DNA of 7,258 nucleotides from Buchnera aphidicola str. APS (Acyrthosiphon pisum) (GCF_000009605.1 NC_002252.1:1-7258); one strand, 5' to 3'. Shown: positions 1 to 7,239, counted from the first letter of the stretch. The notes: generated by a model not told the origin, from the letters alone. A program made the numbers and translations.

Positions 1-6
1 ATTTTT

Positions 7-1566
7 TTGATTGAAAAGAGACGTAAATTAATACAAAAAAAGGCTAATTATCACTCTGATCCTACAACAGTTTTTAATCATCTTTGTGGATCAAGACCCG
101 CAACATTATTACTGGAAACAGCAGAAGTTAATAAAAAAAATAATTTAGAAAGTATAATGATTGTCGATAGCGCGATACGCGTCTCTGCTGTCAAGAATTC
201 AGTTAAGATTACTGCGCTCTCTGAAAACGGAGCAGAGATATTATCTATTTTAAAAGAAAACCCTCATAAAAAAATAAAATTTTTTGAAAAAAACAAAAGT
301 ATCAACTTGATCTTTCCCTCTTTAGACAACAATCTTGATGAAGATAAAAAAATTTTTTCTTTATCAGTATTTGATTCTTTCAGATTCATTATGAAATCTG
401 TTAACAACACAAAAAGAACAAGTAAAGCAATGTTTTTTGGCGGATTGTTTTCTTATGATCTTATTTCTAATTTTGAATCGTTGCCGAATGTAAAGAAAAA
501 ACAAAAATGCCCGGATTTTTGTTTTTATTTAGCAGAAACATTACTTGTTGTAGATCATCAAAAAAAAACATGTTTGATTCAAAGCAGTTTATTTGGCAGA
601 AATGTAGATGAAAAAAATAGAATTAAAAAAAGAACAGAAGAAATAGAAAAGAAACTGGAAGAAAAATTGACATCCATTCCTAAAAATAAGACAACTGTAC
701 CAGTTCAATTGACTTCCAATATAAGTGATTTTCAATATTCATCTACAATAAAAAAATTACAAAAATTAATTCAAAAAGGTGAAATTTTCCAAGTCGTGCC
801 CTCTCGAAAGTTTTTTTTGCCTTGTGACAATTCATTATCAGCATATCAAGAATTAAAAAAAAGCAATCCCAGTCCCTATATGTTTTTTATGCAAGATGAA
901 GATTTCATACTATTCGGTGCATCTCCAGAAAGTTCTTTAAAATATGATGAAAAAAATAGACAAATTGAGCTCTATCCTATTGCTGGAACCAGACCCAGAG
1001 GTAGAAAAAAAGACGGAACTTTAGATCTCGATTTAGACAGCAGAATAGAACTTGAAATGAGAACTAATCATAAAGAACTTGCTGAACATTTGATGCTGGT
1101 TGACTTAGCAAGAAATGATCTTGCACGTATTTGTGAGCCGGGATCTAGATATGTTTCCGATCTAGTTAAGGTGGATAAATATTCGCACGTGATGCATTTG
1201 GTTTCTAAAGTAGTGGGGCAATTAAAATATGGTTTAGATGCGCTTCACGCATATTCCTCTTGTATGAATATGGGGACATTAACTGGTGCACCCAAAGTTC
1301 GAGCGATGCAATTAATTGCTGAATATGAAGGGGAAGGGAGAGGAAGTTACGGCGGCGCTATAGGTTATTTTACTGATTTAGGAAATTTAGATACTTGCAT
1401 CACAATACGTTCAGCTTATGTGGAATCAGGTGTCGCAACAATTCAAGCAGGAGCCGGTGTTGTTTTTAATTCAATACCTGAAGACGAAGTGAAAGAGAGT
1501 TTAAACAAGGCGCAAGCTGTAATAAATGCTATAAAAAAAGCACATTTTACAATGGGATCCTCTTAA
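7..1566 (+). CDS. trpE: Anthranilate synthase component I (TrpE), intact copy, 519 aa, TTG start
   Basis: The translation aligns along its full length with my recollection of enterobacterial TrpE. Shared motifs include [130 protein letters not shown] and DTCITIRSA. The first canonical in-frame start after the upstream stop is TTG at 7..9. Confidence 0.95.
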   Translation: MIEKRRKLIQKKANYHSDPTTVFNHLCGSRPATLLLETAEVNKKNNLESIMIVDSAIRVSAVKNSVKITALSENGAEILSILKENPHKKIKFFEKNKSINLIFPSLDNNLDEDKKIFSLSVFDSFRFIMKSVNNTKRTSKAMFFGGLFSYDLISNFESLPNVKKKQKCPDFCFYLAETLLVVDHQKKTCLIQSSLFGRNVDEKNRIKKRTEEIEKKLEEKLTSIPKNKTTVPVQLTSNISDFQYSSTIKKLQKLIQKGEIFQVVPSRKFFLPCDNSLSAYQELKKSNPSPYMFFMQDEDFILFGASPESSLKYDEKNRQIELYPIAGTRPRGRKKDGTLDLDLDSRIELEMRTNHKELAEHLMLVDLARNDLARICEPGSRYVSDLVKVDKYSHVMHLVSKVVGQLKYGLDALHAYSSCMNMGTLTGAPKVRAMQLIAEYEGEGRGSYGGAIGYFTDLGNLDTCITIRSAYVESGVATIQAGAGVVFNSIPEDEVKESLNKAQAVINAIKKAHFTMGSS

Positions 1567-1568
1567 GA

Positions 1569-2171
1569 ATGGCAAATATTTTACTGTTAGACAACATAGA
1601 CTCATTCACCTATAATTTAGTTGAACAACTGAGAAATCAAAAAAACAATGTTTTAGTTTATCGTAATACAGTGAGTATTGATATTATTTTCAATTCCCTT
1701 AAAAAATTAACACATCCGATTTTAATGCTGTCGCCCGGACCTAGTTTGCCGAAACACGCAGGATGCATGTTAGATTTAATAAAAAAAGTCAAGGGGGACA
1801 TTCCTATAGTAGGAATTTGTTTAGGTCATCAAGCAATAGTAGAAGCGTATGGCGGCATTATCGGATATGCAGGTGAAATATTCCATGGCAAAGCATCATT
1901 AATCCGCCATGATGGTTTAGAGATGTTTGAGGGTGTACCGCAACCACTACCTGTTGCTCGATACCATTCCTTAATTTGCAACAAAATTCCGGAGAAATTT
2001 GTCATTAATTCCTATTTTGAAAAAATGATTATGTCTGTAAGAAACAATTGTGATCGTGTTTGCGGCTTTCAATTTCATCCTGAATCTATTTTAACAACAC
2101 ATGGAGACCAAATATTAGAAAAAATTATTCATTGGGCGTCTTTAAAATATATCACAAACAAGAAACAATAA
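1569..2171 (+). CDS. trpG: Anthranilate synthase component II, stand-alone class-I glutamine amidotransferase (TrpG, not fused to TrpD), 200 aa
   Basis: It has the GATase triad signatures: nucleophile Cys in GICLGHQ and His/Glu in FQFHPES. It has the typical LLLDNIDSFTYNL N-terminus. The ATG lies 2 nt after the trpE stop (taagaATG), which suggests translational coupling. At 200 aa there is no phosphoribosyltransferase domain. Confidence 0.95.
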   Translation: MANILLLDNIDSFTYNLVEQLRNQKNNVLVYRNTVSIDIIFNSLKKLTHPILMLSPGPSLPKHAGCMLDLIKKVKGDIPIVGICLGHQAIVEAYGGIIGYAGEIFHGKASLIRHDGLEMFEGVPQPLPVARYHSLICNKIPEKFVINSYFEKMIMSVRNNCDRVCGFQFHPESILTTHGDQILEKIIHWASLKYITNKKQ

Positions 2172-2182
2172 AAAAAAAGATT

Positions 2183-2205
2183 CTACTCAAACGAGTCGTT
2201 TTTTT
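2183..2205 (+). terminator. Weak putative rho-independent terminator after trpG (copy 1)
   Basis: An imperfect hairpin c-t-ACTC (2183..2188) / loop aaac / GAGT-c-g (2193..2198) is followed by T7 (2199..2205) and preceded by A9 (2170..2178). The stem is short (5 pairs, 1 mismatch). Confidence 0.3.
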
Positions 2206-3156
2206 AAATTCCATATCCCTTTTTATAACACTGAATCCTCCTGCGTCATCGCATTACACAATTCAACATCCAGACGTGCCTGAAAACAAAAACATACAAC
2301 AATGATTCTCATGCAATTGGAATGACAAAATCAAATATACACAATGAAAATTTTTTAATAAAACCCGTACCGAAATTATTGAAAAGAAGTTTTAAAACAG
2401 TGTTAATGTTCCCAAAAACAGGAGGAAAAATCACAAAAAATACATTAGAAAAAATAGAAAGTATGAAAAAGAGAAAATTATTCAAGGAAAGGTGGGTGTA
2501 ATTTTTACTTCATACAAACCACAACAAGAATTGATTAAAACTGGTCATCGAGGTGAATACAGATATCAAATTAAATGAAAGAATTGGTCGAAATCTGTGA
2601 CTGTCAATACTGGAATGTATCTCAGAAAATAAGTCAAACTTTATCACGATGGGTATTTTTTCATTAATAGAGATTATCAAACCGACATAAAAAAAGGGGG
2701 AGCGATTTTAAGTACTATGTCACTTTTGTATGCATGAGTCTAAATGACTCGACTTTAAATCGGTCTTGTCAGCCTCATAAGCACGCTGTATGTGTGTAAA
2801 TTTGTGCTCCATTAGAAAGAAAATACATTTGGTAAAGGGGAGGAGAAGACTAGCGGTGACTGTCGGATCCAAGAGCATCATCAATCTTCTTATAGATCGC
2901 TCTTCTATCAGTTTTCTAAAAAGCAGTTCTCAAAATTTAAGTGAACTCCCTGTCTGAAAAATATATGAGTCCCGGAAAACGCACTTCAATCACCAATAAA
3001 AGATAATTCATGATTCTGAGACAGATGAAAACAAAAGTTGGACAAACAATGATAGAGATAAAATATCTCCATATAAAAATTTTATAAAATGAACTGTTGT
3101 CAGTCATACAAAACAATTCAATAAAAAGGAAAAAATGAAAATTTTTTTCTAAAAAG

Positions 3157-3165
3157 TTATCCACA
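3157..3165 (+). promoter_or_regulatory. Perfect DnaA box TTATCCACA (unit 1)
   Basis: There is an exact 9/9 match to the enterobacterial consensus TTATCCACA at 3157..3165. Two one-mismatch boxes in the opposite orientation lie 120-150 bp downstream: TGTTGATAA at 3282..3290 and TGGGGATAA at 3305..3313. Confidence 0.6.
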
Positions 3166-3580
3166 GTTTCTGTCTACAAGTGAATTTTAAAAAATATGAA
3201 ATTTTAAGATAAATTCCAAAACAAAATACTCTAACATTATGTTTTTTATAAAAAAATTTTTTTTTTAATTCATACAATACATGTTGATAACATGTTCATA
3301 AGTCTGGGGATAAGTTTTGTATATATATACAAGACACTTTCCGATACATAGGAATCTTACGCGGAAAAAAGAAAAACATTAAAAACAATAAATTAATTAA
3401 GATTAGCATTCTTTAAAAATCCTTTTAAAAGAAAAAAACAAATACATGTATTATATATAAGGTTTTTAATTGTTATTGTTGTTTTGTATTATACTATTAA
3501 TTAGTATCACTTTATTTAACATATTTATTAAATACTTAAATATATATTATACATTTTTTGTAAAATCAAAAATGATATTA

Positions 3581-3609
3581 TTGCTTTAATTTAAAAAGTT
3601 AGTTATTAT
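3581..3609 (+). promoter_or_regulatory. Candidate sigma70 promoter for trpEG copy 2 (-35 TTGCTT, 17-nt spacer, -10 TATTAT)
   Basis: TTGCTT lies at 3581..3586 and TATTAT at 3604..3609 with a 17-nt spacer, about 25 nt upstream of the TTG start. Matches of this kind are frequent by chance in DNA this AT-rich. Confidence 0.25.
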
Positions 3610-3634
3610 AAAACGAAAATTAGATGAAATTTTT

Positions 3635-5196
3635 TTGATTGAAAAGAGACGTAAATTAATACAAAAAAAGGCTAATTATCACTCTGATCCTACAACAGTT
3701 TTTAATCATCTTTGTGGATCAAGACCCGCAACATTATTACTGGAAACAGCAGAAGTTAATAAAAAAAATAATTTAGAAAGTATAATGATTGTCGATAGCG
3801 CGATACGCGTCTCTGCTGTCAAGAATTCAGTTAAGATTACTGCGCTCTCTGAAAACGGAGCAGAGATATTATCTATTTTAAAAGAAAACCCTCATAAAAA
3901 AATAAAATTTTTTGAAAAAAACAAAAGTATCAACTTGATCTTTCCCTCTTTAGACAACAATCTTGATGAAGATAAAAAAATTTTTTCTTTATCAGTATTT
4001 GATTCTTTCAGATTCATTATGAAATCTGTTAACAACACAAAAAGAACAAGTAAAGCAATGTTTTTTGGCGGATTGTTTTCTTATGATCTTATTTCTAATT
4101 TTGAATCGTTGCCGAATGTAAAGAAAAAACAAAAATGCCCGGATTTTTGTTTTTATTTAGCAGAAACATTACTTGTTGTAGATCATCAAAAAAAAACATG
4201 TTTGATTCAAAGCAGTTTATTTGGCAGAAATGTAGATGAAAAAAATAGAATTAAAAAAAGAACAGAAGAAATAGAAAAGAAACTGGAAGAAAAATTGACA
4301 TCCATTCCTAAAAATAAGACAACTGTACCAGTTCAATTGACTTCCAATATAAGTGATTTTCAATATTCATCTACAATAAAAAAATTACAAAAATTAATTC
4401 AAAAAGGTGAAATTTTCCAAGTCGTGCCCTCTCGAAAGTTTTTTTTGCCTTGTGACAATTCATTATCAGCATATCAAGAATTAAAAAAAAGCAATCCCAG
4501 TCCCTATGTGTTTTTTATGCAAGATGAAGATTTCATACTATTCGGTGCATCTCCAGAAAGTTCTTTAAAATATGATGAAAAAAATAGACAAATTGAGCTC
4601 TATCCTATTGCTGGAACCAGACCCAGAGGTAGAAAAAAAGACGGAACTTTAGATCTCGATTTAGACAGCAGAATAGAACTTGAAATGAGAACTAATCATA
4701 AAGAACTTGCTGAACATTTGATGCTGGTTGACTTAGCAAGAAATGATCTTGCACGTATTTGTGAGCCGGGATCTAGATATGTTTCCGATCTAGTTAAGGT
4801 GGATAAATATTCGCACGTGATGCATTTGGTTTCTAAAGTAGTGGGGCAATTAAAATATGGTTTAGATGCGCTTCACGCATATTCCTCTTGTATGAATATG
4901 GGGACATTAACTGGTGCACCCAAAGTTCGAGCGATGCAATTAATTGCTGAATATGAAGGGGAAGGGAGAGGAAGTTACGGCGGCGCTATAGGTTATTTTA
5001 CTGATTTAGGAAATTTAGATACTTGCATCACAATACGTTCAGCTTATGTGGAATCAGGTGTCGCAACAATTCAAGCAGGAGCCGGTGTTGTTTTTAATTC
5101 ACAATACCTGAAGACGAAGTGAAAGAGAGTTTAAACAAGGCGCAAGCTGTAATAAATGCTATAAAAAAAGCACATTTTACAATGGGATCCTCTTAA
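3635..5196 (+). pseudogene. trpE: Second trpE copy disrupted by a 2-bp (CA) insertion. The open frame runs 3635..5122 (495 aa: 489 native residues, then QYLKTK and a stop). The remnant of the native 3' end runs to 5196.
   Basis: Copy 1 reads aattcaatacctg at 1468..1480. Copy 2 reads aattcacaatacctg, with the extra CA at about 5102..5103. The frame shifts after Ser489 and TGA follows at 5120..5122. The remaining 74 nt are identical to the copy 1 3' end but out of frame. Copy 2 also carries A880->G4508 (Met292Val). Confidence 0.8.
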
Positions 5197-5198
5197 GA

Positions 5199-5801
5199 AT
5201 GGCAAATATTTTACTGTTAGACAACATAGACTCATTCACCTATAATTTAGTTGAACAACTGAGAAATCAAAAAAACAATGTTTTAGTTTATCGTAATACA
5301 GTGAGTATTGATATTATTTTCAATTCCCTTAAAAAATTAACACATCCGATTTTAATGCTGTCGCCCGGACCTAGTTTGCCGAAACACGCAGGATGCATGT
5401 TAGATTTAATAAAAAAAGTCAAGGGGGACATTCCTATAGTAGGAATTTGTTTAGGTCATCAAGCAATAGTAGAAGCGTATGGCGGCATTATCGGATATGC
5501 AGGTGAAATATTCCATGGCAAAGCATCATTAATCCGCCATGATGGTTTAGAGATGTTTGAGGGTGTACCGCAACCACTACCTGTTGCTCGATACCATTCC
5601 TTAATTTGCAACAAAATTCCGGAGAAATTTGTCATTAATTCCTATTTTGAAAAAATGATTATGTCTGTAAGAAACAATTGTGATCGTGTTTGCGGCTTTC
5701 AATTTCATCCTGAATCTATTTTAACAACACATGGAGACCAAATATTAGAAAAAATTATTCATTGGGCGTCTTTAAAATATATCACAAACAAGAAACAATA
5801 A
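5199..5801 (+). CDS. trpG: Anthranilate synthase component II (TrpG), second copy, protein identical to copy 1
   Basis: The 200-aa translation is identical to 1569..2171. The ORF is intact, but the upstream trpE now terminates 76 nt before this ATG. Confidence 0.9.
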   Translation: MANILLLDNIDSFTYNLVEQLRNQKNNVLVYRNTVSIDIIFNSLKKLTHPILMLSPGPSLPKHAGCMLDLIKKVKGDIPIVGICLGHQAIVEAYGGIIGYAGEIFHGKASLIRHDGLEMFEGVPQPLPVARYHSLICNKIPEKFVINSYFEKMIMSVRNNCDRVCGFQFHPESILTTHGDQILEKIIHWASLKYITNKKQ

Positions 5802-5813
5802 AAAAAAAAGATT

Positions 5814-5836
5814 CTACTCAAACGAGTCGTTTTTTT
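5814..5836 (+). terminator. Weak putative rho-independent terminator after trpG (copy 2)
   Basis: The same hairpin plus T7 (5830..5836) as in copy 1. The preceding A run is A10 here. Confidence 0.3.
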
Positions 5837-6787
5837 AAATTCCATATCCCTTTTTATAACACTGAATCCTCCTGCGTCATCGCATTACACAATTCAACAT
5901 CCAGACGTGCCTGAAAACAAAAACATACAACAATGATTCTCATGCAATTGGAATGACAAAATCAAATATACACAATGAAAATTTTTTAATAAAACCGTAC
6001 CCGAAATTATTGAAAAGAAGTTTTAAAACAGTGTTAATGTTCCCAAAAACAGGAGGAAAAATCACAAAAAATACATTAGAAAAAATAGAAAGTATGAAAA
6101 AGAGAAAATTATTCAAGGAAAGGTGGGTGTAATTTTTACTTCATACAAACCACAACAAGAATTGATTAAAACTGGTCATCGAGGTGAATACAGATATCAA
6201 ATTAAATGAAAGAATTGGTCGAAATCTGTGACTGTCAATACAGGAATGTATCTCAGAAAATAAGTCAAACTTTATCACGATGGGTATTTTTTCATTAATA
6301 GAGATTATCAAACCGACATAAAAAAAGGGGGGCGATTTTAAGTACTATGTCACTTTTGTATGCATGAGTCTAAATGACTCGACTTTAAATCGGTCTTGTC
6401 AGCCTCATAAGCACGCTGTATGTGTGTAAATTTGTGCTCCATTAGAAAGAAAATACATTTGGTAAAGGGGAGGAGAAGACTAGCGGTGACTGTCGGATCC
6501 AAGAGCATCATCAATCTTCTTATAGATCGCTCTTCTATCAGTTTTCTAAAAAGCAGTTCTCAAAATTTAAGTGAACTCCCTGTCTGAAAAATATATGAGT
6601 CCCGGAAAACGCACTTCAATCACCAATAAAAGATAATTCATGATTCTGAGACAGATGAAAACAAAAGTTGGACAAACAATGATAGAGATAAAATATCTCC
6701 ATATAAAAATTTTATAAAATGAACTGTTGTCAGTCATACAAAACAATTCAATAAAAAGGAAAAAAATGAAAATTTTTTTCTAAAAAG

Positions 6788-6796
6788 TTATCCACA
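6788..6796 (+). promoter_or_regulatory. Perfect DnaA box TTATCCACA (unit 2)
   Basis: There is an exact 9/9 match at 6788..6796. The one-mismatch boxes are conserved at 6912..6920 and 6935..6943. Confidence 0.6.
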
Positions 6797-7210
6797 GTTT
6801 CTGTCTACAAGTGAATTTTAAAAAATATGAAATTTTAAGATAAATTCCAAAACAAAATACTCTAACATTATGTTTTTTATAAAAAAATTTTTTTTTAATT
6901 CATACAATACATGTTGATAACATGTTCATAAGTCTGGGGATAAGTTTTGTATATATATACAAGACACTTTCCGATACATAGGAATCTTACGCGGAAAAAA
7001 GAAAAACATTAAAAACAATAAATTAATTAAGATTAGCATTCTTTAAAAATCCTTTTAAAAGAAAAAAACAAATACATGTATTATATATAAGGTTTTTAAT
7101 TGTTATTGTTGTTTTGTATTATACTATTAATTAGTATCACTTTATTTAACATATTTATTAAATACTTAAATATATATTATACATTTTTTGTAAAATCAAA
7201 AATGATATTA

Positions 7211-7239
7211 TTGCTTTAATTTAAAAAGTTAGTTATTAT
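7211..7239 (+). promoter_or_regulatory. Same candidate promoter. It would drive trpE copy 1 (start at 7) across the circular junction.
   Basis: The sequence is identical to 3581..3609. It makes sense only if the molecule is circular or further tandem units follow. Confidence 0.25.

Larger units (their letters stand above)
1..3628 (+). repeat. Tandem direct repeat unit 1 (3628 bp): trpE, trpG and the ori-containing non-coding spacer
   Basis: Manual alignment of 1..3628 against 3629..7258 shows collinear near-identity. The offset is 3628 at the start and becomes 3630/3631 after small indels. I found only 2 substitutions, one 2-bp insertion, one paired C-run indel and 4 single-base indels. Confidence 0.97.
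3157..3628. other. Putative DnaA-dependent replication origin: DnaA box cluster plus a very AT-rich unwinding-type tract (unit 1)
   Basis: The DnaA boxes are followed by about 300 bp that are almost entirely A/T (3370..3628). No replication-initiator gene is present anywhere in the window. Published descriptions of Buchnera trpEG repeat units report an oriC-like ori in this spacer (my recollection). Confidence 0.55.

Noticed and set aside
2335-2343. Additional one-mismatch DnaA-box-like 9-mers far from the ori cluster (ATATACACA at 2335..2343; TGTGTGTAA at 2791..2799; TGTGGATCA inside trpE at 84..92)
   Set aside because: Single-mismatch matches to an A/T-rich 9-mer are expected by chance in 7 kb of AT-rich DNA. 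They are isolated rather than clustered. Only the perfect box and the two nearby near-matches were retained.
2420-2425. A perfect AGGAGG Shine-Dalgarno-like hexamer in the spacer (also at 6051..6056)
   Set aside because: No start codon lies at a functional distance. The nearest ATG is at 2463, 37 nt downstream, and it opens only a 12-codon frame. The hexamer lies inside the 59-codon ORF discussed in the findings, not in front of a gene.
2937-3164. A 75-aa ORF on the minus strand from the supplied ORF track (MDNFLEKNFHFFLFIELF...)
   Set aside because: It is present only in unit 1. In unit 2 the A6->A7 difference (3130..3135 vs 6760..6766) frameshifts it. It uses a GTG start inside the DnaA box. 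Its composition is low-complexity Phe/Ile/Leu, as expected from translating A/T-rich DNA. It resembles no protein family I recognise. It is most likely spurious.
3412-3429. The inverted repeat TTTAAAA-atcc-TTTTAAA in the AT-rich tract
   Set aside because: The stem is 7 bp and A/T only. Such pairings arise by chance at high frequency in sequence of this composition, so there is no independent support for function.
3400-3634. A search for a trpL-type leader peptide and attenuator upstream of trpE
   Set aside because: There is no small ORF with tandem Trp (TGG) codons and no GC-containing alternative hairpins. The region is almost pure A/T. The only mini-ORF (MKFF) has no Trp codon. Classical attenuation therefore appears to be absent.
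5085-5122. Possible programmed -1 ribosomal frameshift that could rescue the 2-bp insertion in trpE copy 2
   Set aside because: A -1 shift between the insertion and the TGA at 5120 would restore the native frame. However, I see no X-XXY-YYZ slippery heptamer in caa tac ctg aag acg aag and no obvious downstream stimulatory structure. The T5 run (gtt ttt aat) lies upstream of the lesion and is not a canonical slippery site.
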